Part shown: piece after piece, positions 37,405 to 49,610 of the stretch
How positions within the stretch are numbered: position 1 is the stretch's first letter
Layout of the letters: every line of letters starts with the position of its first letter
Source: Lytechinus pictus
Taxonomy: Eukaryota
Assembly: GCF_037042905.1 (NCBI RefSeq)
Contig: NC_087263.1
Span: forward strand, 12,898,001-12,962,000
Direction of reading: 5' to 3'
Length of the DNA stretch: 64,000 nt
Position numbers and translations under genes: made by a program
Notes under the pieces: model-generated
Told to the model about the DNA's origin: nothing
Database searches by the model: none
The model's input: the letters and a program-made list of their open reading frames with translations, nothing else

Positions 37405-37791
37405 GAAGAGCTCAATTGCAAAAGGGGATAGATCCATTTTTCATCAAATTCGATTTTTTTTTTTTTTGGGGGGGGGGCTCAATGTATAGATGATGCCAAA
37501 GAAAATTTGAAATTCCCATCAAAAAGTGGACAAAAAATGGCAAAGAAAAATAACTTCTATTCAAAAGGGGTTAGATCCATTTCAGTTTTGTAATTTTTTT
37601 GAGAAAAAATTACAAAATATAAAGACGGGTAGATTTCTTTCATACATAATGTTATGTTCACTTGGTAGAGTAGTATATCATTACAATTTAGTTTCGCAAA
37701 AGAATATCGCAATATGGGAGAATAAAAGAAATTTTTTTTTATCTAAATGGTCTTATAAGTGGATCTAACCCCATTCGCAAACAAACTCTTT
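37405..37791. mobile_element. GAAGAG-ended MITE monomer (family of 20379-21170)
   Basis: GAAGAGCTCAATTGCAAAAGGGGATAGATCCA ... TGGATCTAACCCCATTCGCAAACAAACTCTT. Confidence 0.8.
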
Positions 37792-37959
37792 GTATGATAT
37801 CCCTAGAGTAGTAACTCTAATAAGAAGACCTAAAGTCACATTTTCTAATATATCTTTTTTTTTCTGTAAAGCGCGAAGAGATGTTGTTCCCATGTAGTAA
37901 TCGCTAAATAAAAGTTGGATATCATAATTACTGTGTATTATTCATTATTAATTCCAAGG

Positions 37960-38042
37960 TATGTGGTATGACTTGGCCAGGGCTCGAACCTACGAACTCC
38001 CTTTTGTGATGTCAACGTTCCACCGCTGAGGCACCATGCCCG
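37960..38042 (-). mobile_element. tRNA-derived SINE head
   Basis: Minus strand has an A-box-like TGGTGCCTCAGCGG and a B-box GGTTCGAGCCC. Confidence 0.55.
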
Positions 38043-38665
38043 CTGATTGTTTGTTTGTATTTATTTCCTTAAATAAAAGAAAACAATATATACATGTTCA
38101 AATTGAACAAATCGTATAAAACATATAAATAAAGAATATATAAAAAAAATATATATAAAATAAAAAAAGGGAGGATGGCTCATTTTAGTGGCCCATTTTA
38201 GCGGTATAAATAAAATACCACTGTTCTTCCATGTGGTCGTTTAGTGTCTTGATACTCTGTATGCTGCTTTTTAGTCTTTAAACCGTGTTGTTAACAGCAC
38301 AATATAAGGTTAAACTAATATACTTTGAGCCTAGTGTCCTGGTAACCTTTTTTACCAGTTCCACGCTTCCTGGAATAAAGCACAAATGCAGCGATGACTT
38401 GTCGCTCATTCATTATAGAGGACTGACATCTTTTCTGCAACCTGACCACGGCGGAAGTTTTTGTGTACAAACTTGTCTATCGATATAGATGTGCTTTTTT
38501 ACTGAACATCATTTAATTGACATCCTAAGTGTCGCCTCTTGTATAAAAAGAATTTTAAGTGTCTATTTCATGTGTCTCTGATGGCTCTTCTTAGTTCCAA
38601 ATGAGTCACTATAATGGAAGGGATTATGTGAAAAACAAGGAACTTTTTGATTCGGTAGCAACATG

Positions 38666-41600
38666 TAGTCCTGTCTGTTAGCGTCAAAAATACCCTACTT
38701 GTGGACACGGTGGACAAAAATGCTCCAAAAAATCTGGCTGCAGGAACAGAGAAAAAATGGGTGAAAATGTCAGAATTTATGAGTTTAGATTGGTCTGATA
38801 TATAGACTAGCGCCAGTGCAAAACTGAATAGCAGTGCATTATTTTGCATTGGTTTAGTTCTTGAATTCAGACCCGTTTTGAACAGATGTTCTGTTTGTCC
38901 TCACATCTCAATGCACCAAATATCTGAATGCAGATGCTAAACAAGCCGAAGGGTGGCGGTGGAGGGGGTTGCATGTTGGTGTGTATGTACATATTTTGGT
39001 CTTGGGGTAAAGATGTGCAAAACACGTTTTTTTGTATGTGTTGGAATTGGTGTTGCCATGGTAACAGTGTATTATGGCAAAAATAAGGTAAAAATCTTGC
39101 AGTTAGAACTACTTCCTCTGTTTTCATCCGATTCTCATGAAATTTGGCACACACATTGGTCTTGAGGTGAAGATGTCTTAGACACATTTTTGTGTGTCTT
39201 TCAGAAATCTCGTTGCCATGGTAACAACATATTATATGGTAAAAATTGGGAAAAAACTTACAATTCAAACTGCTCCATCAGTTTTCAATCAATTCACATG
39301 AAATTCGGCACACACATTGGTATTGAAGTAAAGATGTACAAGGCACTTTTTGTGTGCGTTTCAGAAATTGTGTTGCCATGGTAACAACATATTATATGGC
39401 AAGATTTAGGTAAAAACCTTGTAATTTGAACTACTTCATCAGTTTTGAACCAATTCTCATGAAATTTGGCTCACATATTTGCCTTGGGGTAAAGATGACT
39501 GTGCATTTTGTGCAAGAACCATTTTTTTGTGCATTTGTCAGAGAGTGCATTGCCATGGTAACCACATATGATAGCCAGAAATGCAGGAAAACTCATTGTG
39601 GATCAAATTACTTCCCCTGATTTTAGTCAGTGCTCATAAAAGTTGGAAGAAATATTCATCTTGGGGTAAAGATTCATATTAAATTCTAAATGTCTTTTCT
39701 GCATTAAAATGTTCACGCCAGAGTGTGGGGGTATGAATCACCTTCAGTAATATTTCTAGGTTTTGGGGGGAGGGGCGGGATTGGTCCTTAAAATCTGACA
39801 TCAAAATAAAGAAGGTTAAAGGCGGTGGCCATTAGGAACATAAAAATGATAAACACTCTTAAAATAAGCATCCCCTCAATGGCATAGGCTGGGGGTACAC
39901 TGGGTGAATGTGAAACCTTCCGCTGAGGCAGAGGAGTTCCAACACTGGCAAGCAAAAGGAAAATGTGTACCCCTTCTACTTTCAACAGCTGATTTTCCAA
40001 ACCTTAGTTCCACCTCCCCAAGATGTGCACCCCTCCCCATACCACTTTTAGTTCTACCTCCCCATGCTCAAACCAGTCTACGCCTTTGCCCCTCAGGGGT
40101 CTTTGCATTATTAAAGCGAGATATTACTCCTTTTTGGGGGGGTCTTTAGAAAATGACCTCGTAAAAGTAAAAGGATTTTGACTAGGAACTTAACCCCCCC
40201 CCCAAAAAAAAAAAAATAGGGAGCAGATATATTTTTTGAGCAGAAAAATGCCCCCCCCCCCCACCTTAAAAGGCAAGAAGAGTCCTTTGCACTTCAGACC
40301 ATTCATTTGAAGTTTAATGCATTCTGATTTGATAAAAATTTTTTACGTACCCAATTAATCATTGTTTATTTATATTCTCCTACTCAGTCTTTTATTCATA
40401 TTCCGTTCCTACTCTTTCTTTTTAACTTTATCACATCACTGTTGATTTTGAGCTTCACCATACCATCATCTCCTTCTGTTTCCTCTCTCTCCAAGTATAT
40501 ATTTTCTGACATATTTTAAAGTGTACCTTTAATCATGCAACTAATTATAGAAATATAAATATATACAAAAATCTCTGCACTTGTTTTAGAAATTCACTTG
40601 CAAATCCATGACTCAATAACAAACCATATCAAAAATATACATATGTGCGCAATAGATTTTAGCCTTCTATTTCCTTTCATTTCATTTTTTCAGTATATTT
40701 CTGTGACAGCCCCTGCTTTATACATCCTACATGTACATCTCCCATTGTCAAAAAATGAATATTATGTTTCAGAAGCAAAATTGTCGGATGCAAACTCTGA
40801 CTGTCATAAAAAAAAATGCAAATAATTTTCCATTGGAGTAAAGACAAAATTATTCACTGCTCATTGAGCAAAGATTTAATGATGACTTTTATTTCTCTAC
40901 ATATAATCATATTCTAGTCATATCCCTTTCAGATGGTGGTAACTGCAGGAATGGGAAAACTCAGTGATAAACTAAAATTTTCACAGAGGATTTTCAGAAA
41001 ATAACTAAATCCATTTTTTCAAGCAACAGTTATTCCATTCTGAATGCTGCAACCTTGTTAATATGAATTTGATGCACCTTTACCAAAATATAATATCATG
41101 ACAGTCATTTCTTCAATTCTTTAAACTAGACATTAGATATTGCTAATAGTATTATTCAGGACAGAGTGTAGCCAAAATAGAGTTTAAAAGATTATGAAAA
41201 AAATGAATGTCATGGTATTATATTTCGGTGTAGGTGTAAGCATTCAAAATGGAATAATTGTTGCTAGATAATAATGAATTAAAATAGCAAAGAAAAATGT
41301 ACTTAGAGAAGGAGACAAAGAGGGGGAGAGAGGAAACAAAACAAGAAGGTATGGAAAGATCAAAAGTGCAAAAAGTGATGTAAGAAAGTCAGAGTAGGAA
41401 CTGAAATGAACAAAAACTGAGTAGAAGCAAAATAAAACATTGATTAATGATTGGGCACCGGAAACGAGCTTCTATCAAAGCAGAATGTTTTAGGCTTTAA
41501 ATTAATACGCTGTAGTGTAAAGGATTTTTGTCCCCCTTTTTTTTTTGGGGGGGGGGTTAAGTTCCTAGCCGTAATAATTTCCTTTTACTCTTTATGTGGC

Positions 41601-43447
41601 AATTTTCTAAAGCCCCCCCCCCCCCAAAAAAAAAAAAAAATTGAAGGGGTGCTTTTTTTAATAAGAGTGTTTAAGTTCCTAACGGTCATGGCCTTTAACC
41701 TTCTATACTTTTATGTTGTCAGTTTTTAATTACCTCCTCTGCCCCCCCCCAAAAAAAAGAACCTATATTATTTAAAGTGATTAATACCCTGCGCTATTAC
41801 ATGACATTAAAGGGGAATCCAACCCAAATAAACACTTGTTTTTAGAGGAAAAATCAGACAGGTTTATAGGTCAAATTTTGAACAATATCGGACAAACCAT
41901 TAGAAAGTTGTGAATATATAAAAGTTGTAAACATTGGTAATCACTATACCCATGAAGACTTCAAATTGGCTACATATGTGATGTCATAGTGATGTAAGGC
42001 AAGGACTACTCTTCCATGTACTGGAATAATTAATTGGCTAAAATGTCTTTTTCAAAAGTTTTACAAATTATATCATTCTTTCATGAGGACATAAAACAAT
42101 ACACTACCAGGTTCATATTACGGCCCCAATGGAATAGGGATTTAGGAGAGAACCAAAAATCCTGATAATTAAGTACAAGGCCTATGGGAAAGTTGTCCTT
42201 GCGGCCTCGCCCCTTGTCATAATTTACTTACCCAGTTGCCAATTTGAAATCTACATACTAGTAGTCTTAGGGATCTTAAATTTAAAGCAACCATAAATTT
42301 TGCTTGTCCGATTTCTTTCAAACTTTCACCATTCATATTTTTCTCCTTTTCCACACAATATTTTATGACCATAAAAGGCTGGATTCCCCTTTAACACTGA
42401 ATATGAATCTTTACCCCAAGATGAATATTTCTTCCAACATTTATGAGCACTGACTAAAATCAGGGGAAGTAGTTTGATCCACAATGAGTTTTCCTGCATT
42501 TCTGGCTATCATATGTGGTTACCATGGCAATGCACTCTCTGACAAATGCACAAAAAAATGGTTCTTGCACAGTCATCTTTACCCCAAGGCAAATATGTGA
42601 GCCAAATTTCATGAGAATTGGTTCAAAACTGATGAAGTAGTTCAAATTACAAGGTTTTTACCTAAATCTTGCCATATAATATGTTGTTACCATGGCAACA
42701 CAATTTCTGAAACGCACACAAAAAGTGCCTTGTACATCTTTACTTCAATACCAATGTGTGTGCCGAATTTCATGTGAATTGATTGAAAACTGATGGAGCA
42801 GTTTGAATTGTAAGTTTTTTCCCAATTTTTACCATATAATATGTTGTTACCATGGCAACGAGATTTCTGAAAGACACACAAAAATGTGTCTAAGACATCT
42901 TCACCTCAAGACCAATGTGTGTGCCAAATTTCATGAGAATCGGATGAAAACAGAGGAAGTAGTTCTAACTGCAAGATTTTTACCTTATTTTTGCCATAAT
43001 ACACTGTTACCATGGCAACACCAATTCCAACACATACAAAAAAACGTGTTTTGCACATCTTTACCCCAAGACCAAAATATGTACATACACACCAACATGC
43101 AACCCCCTCCACCGCCACCCTTCGGCTTGTTTAGCATCTGCATTCAGATATTTGGTGCATTGAGATGTGAGGACAAACAGAACATCTGTTCAAAACGGGT
43201 CTGAATTCAAGAACTAAACCAATGCAAAATAATGCACTGCTATTCAGTTTTGCACTGGCGCTAGTCTATATATCAGACCAATCTAAACTCATAAATTCTG
43301 ACATTTTCACCCATTTTTTCTCTGTTTCTGCAGCCAGATTTTTTGGAGCATACCCCATTTTTAATTCTTATACATAAACAAAGGTCTGGAGAAAAAATCA
43401 TGCTTTTGTCCACCGTGTCCACATAAATCCGCTAACAGACCAGACTA
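38666..43447. mobile_element. 4782-bp foldback DNA transposon with ~1-kb TIRs, Academ-like ends, non-autonomous
   Basis: Termini TAGTCCTGTCTGTTAGCG ... CGCTAACAGACCAGACTA; 3-bp TSD ATG (38663-38665, 43448-43450). Arms 38666-39680 and 42400-43447 are near-identical (mirrored ORF translations are identical). No transposase ORF. Confidence 0.9.
41811..42390. mobile_element. Kolobok-type MITE nested in the foldback spacer
   Basis: TTAA|AGGGGAATCCAACC ... GGCTGGATTCCCCT|TTAA. Confidence 0.85.
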
Positions 43448-43471
43448 ATGTGTGTGATGTAATCCTTACCA

Positions 43472-43714
43472 CACTGGAAAAACTCCGGTGTTGATTTAAC
43501 ACCAGCCCGGAATCTATATAATGTCCACACCAGAGAAGTATTGAAACAACATCAGTTTGGAATCAAACCGATGCTGTTTTAATACTAATTGGTGTTGTAT
43601 AAACACCTATCTGGTGTAAGACAAAAACGACACTGGTGTTGTTTAACACTTCTCTGGTGTGGACATATATAGATTCCGGGCTGGTGTTAAATCAACACCA
43701 GAGTTTTCGCAGTG
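43472..43714. mobile_element. Intact CACTA-type MITE (243 bp)
   Basis: CACTGGAAAAACTCCGGTGTTGATTTAACACCAGCCCGGAATCTATAT ... inverted copy ending CAGTG; 2-bp TSD CA. Confidence 0.9.
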
Positions 43715-44516
43715 CATTAACCTAAAAAAGACTGGAGAAGGAACCATCACCCCATTTACTGATTGACTTTTTTTTGTCACGGAAACTTTGGAACGAAAAA
43801 CTCCACTTGACGAGATTCCATAATTTGTCATTCACGTCTTTGGTACATTCTGAGAGGAGTTTCTTCATTTTGTAATATCCTGGATTATTTTGCAAAAATG
43901 CATCAATGTATCAATTACTTGATAAGTCTACATTGTGAGATAAGGTAACAGATCGAATTCTAAGAAGTCATATCGCATAGTGGGGACATAAAGTATCTTG
44001 TTATGTTCGCATATAGAAAGCATAATTTTTTAATAAATTATGTAGTATTTGACTAAAAAAAGTATTTTGCTAACGCATCTGGTGTGCAGGATGGCTATTT
44101 GTCTTTGGGAAAGTTTCAGAGTTGGGTCACAGTAGGTGAAATATAAAAATGTACACAACTTGAATTCTGTTTAAGTTTTAGTCTCTGCCTTTGTGTGTTG
44201 TGTGTGTGTTCTGTTCCCATCATTGGACTATGTAAAGAAGATTATGTCAATACTATGTTACACAGACTGTTAAATTGCTTCAATTAGTGTGTTGAAAGTT
44301 TAACACTGTGGACAGGTCGACAGTGTGAGTGTTCGCAGAGTGTACATATAATCTATGTGACAATATGATCATGACTGCGAAGACCATCAAATTCAACAGT
44401 GAAAGTATGATTACCTATTGTTCTCTATACTGTGAACACACTCTGTAAACACACTATGAATCACACTGAGGGACACTGTGGTCCTGACTTGCAGTAGGGC
44501 AGTTCGGGATACTTAC

Positions 44517-44720
44517 CGCTCTGTTTTCCTTTAAATAGTCTGCGGGCGACCTTTTGGGTGGGGGTAGAAGAGGTACTTTTGGCTTGAAGTTTGTCGGGTA
44601 AGGTGAGAAGGCAACGCGTTCATTTTCAGCAATTTGAATGAGATCATAGACGGAGTAACCAGGCGGGGGCCGGGCCATAAAAGGAGGGGGGCCGATCTCA
44701 CCTGTGTATCGATTTCTATT
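44517..44720 (-). CDS. Gene B exon 3: prodomain
   Basis: Branch ctaat, acceptor ttcttttgtacgttttcag; donor GCG|gtaagt; phases 0-0; 68 codons. NRNRYTGEIGPPPFMARPPPGYSVYDLIQIAENERVAFSPYPTNFKPKVPLLPPPKRSPADYLKENRA. GYSVYDL and RVAFS align with GMTIYDI and RIAFS of gene A. Confidence 0.88.
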
Positions 44721-44804
44721 CTGAAAACGTACAAAAGAATATGATTAGAAATCAAGCTGGAAATATAGAATAGCATTAAAAGAAACATCAACAAGGTCAT
44801 TGCT

Positions 44805-45050
44805 CACTCTTAGAATAAAGTACGAATTGCAACCCTTTTGTCCCGTATTTGGAACCGTCGGGCAAAGGGGTTGTATTATGAGGTTCTTTACGAGCACAAG
44901 AACCTTTAATGGATTTATAAAGAACCTAAAACGGTCCGAAAATCGCTGTTTAACGTAAGTAAAACCTTTTCGCATGTTTAGGGAACCTCTGAATGTTCCA
45001 TATACGGGACAGGCATTGGACCCTCCAAGAACACCCTTTTTCTAAGAGTG
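44805..45050. mobile_element. CACTC-ended MITE
   Basis: CACTCTTAGAATAAAG ... CCCTTTTTCTAAGAGTG; GAACC/GGTTC-rich interior. Confidence 0.7.
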
Positions 45051-46202
45051 TTCATGTCCAAAGCAAGGACATGGATCATCTAATGTTGTTCCCATTTCCT
45101 TGCTTTCTAGATACATTACATCAAGGTAGAGAGAGAGGGGTAACATAGAAGATTTACGATTGCCAGGGGATGAGGGGGCGGATGGGCTTGCCTGCGATTG
45201 GTACCCATGAACTTGATGCTTATCCACATCACTTCTATTAACAGTGTACTACTGAATTTCGTAATTGCCATACGCTTTAGGTATGGACCACCTAGTACCT
45301 GGTTCTCGTAGGAACAGGGATCAAGGGATAGTGATTCCCTCGAATAATGCATGGACACTCCGTGAAGGTGCTGATGAACAATTTATCCAACATTGAGAAG
45401 AAAAAAAAACTGAGAAAGATATGTTTGTTACGTACAATGTAAGTAAAATTATGTTCAAAGGATAAAGTTTTAAACGTCACTGCGCAAAAGTTTGATAGCA
45501 TCTGGCGGTATCTTTCTCATCCAACTTTCTTCATATATTAGGCTACTTTATATCCTACGATATAATCAATCAGTGAAAAACAATACCGATGACATTTCTA
45601 TGCGTATTTTTTTATATAAAGTTTTCAGTCAAATGCCCTTAATGCCCTATTTTTATCTACGGACGAACTTGCTATGATCCGAACTAAGTCCTTGATTATT
45701 TACTCTACTTTACTCTAAATGCTCAAAATAGCGAACTGGGTTTAACTCATATTGATAATAATAATAATAACAATAATTATAATAATAACATATGTATATT
45801 TACCCAGGGAAGCCACTTTAGTTCTAAGAATTGTTCTCTCAGAGGGCCCTGCTATTATTATAAGAAATATTCATCTATATCACTCTTAAATCAGCCTAGA
45901 ACTGCCATGCAAAGACTCAACAAAATTTGCATCCGTTCTATTGGGTATTCACCATTACTTTTATCTTCAATAATATTTATTTAAAGACATTTTTCTGTGA
46001 TTTAAGATTTATTTACGGTGATATGAAAGATCAGCAACTCATAAATCAGTTAGAGAAACTCTACCCATATGTATAATGTATGTCAAAGATAAATCCCCTG
46101 GCTATTATAATTATACAGATACATATGCATTTAAAGGTCAAAACGTCATCGATGGTTCATCACTATGGAACATCGTGTTTTTTTTTCATCAGAGGCTTTT
46201 AA

Positions 46203-46726
46203 AGGGGAAACCAGACTTGGCCCTAAAATGTGGTGTTGGAAAGGATAAAAATAAATAAAACATAATTATGAAAAATTGAAAGAAATCGGACAAGAAATAA
46301 GAAAGATATGGCTGCTTTAAAATAAAGATCCCTACGACTATGTAGATTCTAAATTGGCAACTGGGTGAGTAAACTATGACAAGAGGCAAAGGATAACTTT
46401 CCCATAGGCCATGTACTTAATTATCAGGGATTTGTGGTTTTTTCCTAAGAACTAATTCCCCTGGGGCAGTAATTTACATATAACCCAGGCAGTATTTTGT
46501 TTTATGCCCTTATGAAAGAAAACTATAAGTTGAAGTAAAACTTGAAAAAATTGACATTTCAGCCATTTTACATGTTTTATGTATTAGAGTATATGAAAGA
46601 GTAGTCCCTGCCTTTAACTATGAAATCATATATTGTTTGTCCGATATTGTTCAAACTTTCACCCTCAACTTGTCTGATCTTTCTTTATCCTCTAAAAACA
46701 AGTGTTTATTAGGGTTGGATTCCCCC
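46203..46726. mobile_element. Kolobok-type MITE, inverted relative of 41811-42390
   Basis: TTAA on both flanks. Its right end TCCTCTAAAAACAAGTGTTTATTAGGGTTGGATTCCCC is the reverse complement of the 41811 left end. Confidence 0.85.
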
Positions 46727-46812
46727 TTAATAATGATGGTAATTATGCTGGTGATGGTGTGGTGTGAATGAAGTGGATGGTAATGATGGTGGTGCTTATC
46801 ATGTCGATTACA

Positions 46813-47009
46813 CACTCTTAAAAAGGTTCACCCAATTTTGGGTAAAAAGGAACATGCACGTTAGTTTGGTAAGAAGATACCCGATATTTTTCAATCTTAT
46901 GCAATGTTGCGTTGAAATTGCCCAAAATGGGGTTAAAGATACACTGCAAACATGCCTGTTCCCTATATACCCAATATTGGGTAAAAATTTACTCAGTGTT
47001 TTTAGAGTG
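46813..47009. mobile_element. CACTC-ended MITE
   Basis: CA|CACTCTTAAAAA ... TTTTTAGAGTG|CA; 2-bp TSD. Confidence 0.75.
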
Positions 47010-47050
47010 CAAAGATGATGGCGCTGTGGCGACGAAAAATGAAATCTTAC

Positions 47051-47121
47051 CTTTTCTAATCGTCTGTCGTCTAATTCTCTTATCTGGAAGGCTTGTAATG
47101 AGAGAATCCTTGTTATTAAAC
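47051..47121 (-). CDS. Gene B exon 2: end of signal peptide
   Basis: Acceptor ggtttatgtttccag, phase 1; donor AAG|gtaaga, phase 0. (G)LITRILSLQAFQIRELDDRRLEK; same phase pattern as gene A exon 2. Confidence 0.8.
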
Positions 47122-49284
47122 CTGGAAACATAAACCATATTCGAACAAAATTAGGATATGCGAAGGCTTTTGCATTCAATATTTACTCATCAATGAAATC
47201 ACGTTTGCCCCTTTTTATACCATCTTGCTATTTATGTTTAATCTAAATCATAATGTATTACTTTGGGAGATGATCAGAACGATTACCCATCAATAAATTC
47301 AGGTCTGGCTCTTATAGCTTCTTCCTACTCCTTTACTTTTATTTAAAAAAAAACAACATTATTTTGGGTAAAGATCAGAGCGGTTTCGTTTTCCAATATG
47401 GCGCGCCCACATTGACAATTGATGCCTTTTGTAATTCAACTTGCGAACTTGATTCCGGGCAGAAGTCGCAAAAATTATCTTAAAAATCACACTTTAGAGT
47501 CTTTCCCACCACCCACACTTGTTTACTTCTCTTGTTGTCCGGCAAGGATAAGAACTTGACCATGGTGTCACCAATCGAGGAAGTTAAGATCTTCAAAGAA
47601 TTCCAGTGAGGACACTGACTCGCATATTAATTCAACTTCCTTCCTCTAACAAGCAAACAAAGCAGCCTCAGTATGGATGTGAATAAGGATAATCCCAGGA
47701 GATGCGTGCTAAGGGCCACTACGCCAAGACGCTTTCATCATGTTCATCCACATTTAGGAAGGATGAAGAAGCAGAAGGGGGTACTCCATGGTCTCAAAGA
47801 GGGCTATGCGTGACCTCGCGCTAGGCAGACTGGCAGGCAATATCCGATTCATAAATTATTCATATCGGAGGATACCAATAATGAAAGTTTTCATTCAATA
47901 CTGTCTTGGTATTAAAACAAAATGAGTGGATGTTCACGGACGCTCCCTGGTTGTTTTAGTTTGAGTTTCGTCGTTGAAATTTGACTTACTTTATTTCTTA
48001 AAGTTTTCATTTTTCAACAAGTAAAGTAAAGCATAAAGGATTATTTTCAAGTTTTACCAAGCGGTTTCAAGTCAACGTTCAAATTGGCAACTAGGGGGTG
48101 TGTAAGAATGATGGGGTATTCGTTTTGTAACTCATTTCGGTGGGCATATTCGCACTTGTCGCTCGATTAATTCAATATAAACGCTATTAATTTCTACAAA
48201 TTAAAAGACATGTTATTTACCGTGACTTTCTAACAGGAAATTAAAACTGGAGCCTTTGGGCGGTTTCACCCCCCCCCCCTCCCACAAGGCACTGAATCTT
48301 TCCTGAATAAGGACAGTGTTAACTATTGCTCCTTATTTTGATGAAAAGGCCCGACAAATCCATGTTGATCTCATTACTAATCTTGTGCAAATTACACAAA
48401 AAATACTATTTTATCCCTACATCTTTGCGTCAGTCGAGGATCAAATTGCCAATAAATGTAATTGCTTTGTTGTGTTTTATGTTGTAATTGTTTGTCTCAC
48501 TTGATAAAAAAATAAAATTCTAGGTTTAGAATTCCTTACCGCCACGTGGTCGCCAATGAAAAATCATTACTATGAACTCAAACTCTGCAACATCCTTTAA
48601 GGGCAACCTAAAATTGCATTTGTTCACCAGCAGGTACTAGGTTTGAAGACATACATTTTTCCTCATTTGTAATTTACCCTCTTTGTACTTCTCTTAGTTA
48701 TCTTTACTTTTATGTTTTGCTCTCTTCTAAGCGCCTTGAGCATTTAATCAAAATGGAAAAGACGCTTTATAAATCATATGTATTATTATTATTATGCAAT
48801 TTATATATCTTTACAAATTATACTACAAACAGAATGGAGGAACAATTTTTGCAATGAAGAAAAAATAAACTCTACATGGTACAAAGGACAACTTTTCGAA
48901 ACCTCGTTCTTTGAGCAAAAGGACACTGGGGGAGGGGTCAAAGTGATTGGAATAGTGGGATGATTTCTCAACCGTTTGATGTGTAAATAAACTCAGTGTT
49001 TGCGAGGTTTGATAGGGACGTCCTGCGATCCGTGGATGGGTCAAAAGACTGAAGCAAAGAATTAACCCTCCCACGCACTGTCGAAATACATCATTCTATA
49101 AAGGATTATGACCAAACTTGATATATGGAGGATTTTTTTAAAAGGATGATTACAAAACTTGCTCTAAGAAACATGACTCAGTTTCATACCAATGGTCGTT
49201 TGGTCGTGAGTCAGTTTTGTTCTCGTCATACGCCAAAATGGGAACGCGCGATAGAGAAGAAATTCACGAAGCAGAAAGAGTTGG

Positions 49285-49363
49285 GTAAGATCGTCGCAGT
49301 TCAGTGGTTCTGACTCTCGCCTTTCAGTCGGAGGTCGTGGCTTCGAATCCTAGCTATGGCGTA
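49285..49363 (+). mobile_element. tRNA-derived SINE head abutting a MITE
   Basis: CAGTTCAGTGGTT ... GCTTCGAATCCTAGCTATGGCGTA; same family as 59261. Confidence 0.6.
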
Positions 49364-49610
49364 CACTGTTTAAAAAAACCCTGATTTACAGAAAAAAAAA
49401 TTTGCAGAAAGCAATAACAGAATCATTCTGTAAATTCATTCAACAGAACAGGTCTGTTTAAAAAGGGGAAAAGGGTGTTTTATTTAAGGAAATTTGTAAG
49501 GTTCCATACACCAAATGCTAATTTCCTGTAATTTTACATGATATTACGGTAAGATTACTGGTGTTCTCGAGAGTCTGCTGCATGAACTTTTATTTCAAGG
49601 ATAAACAGTG
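49364..49610. mobile_element. CACTG-ended MITE
   Basis: TA|CACTGTTT ... AAACAGTG|TA. A related copy lies at ~32240-32568. Confidence 0.75.

Noticed and set aside
39000..39680. Regularly spaced palindromic repeats as a CRISPR array
   Set aside because: The period is ~160 bp, the intervening sequences resemble each other, the context is eukaryotic and there are no cas genes.
38867..43204. Identical mirrored ORFs (133, 70, 64 aa) as duplicated genes
   Set aside because: They are chance frames in the two arms of the foldback element, with no transposase motifs.
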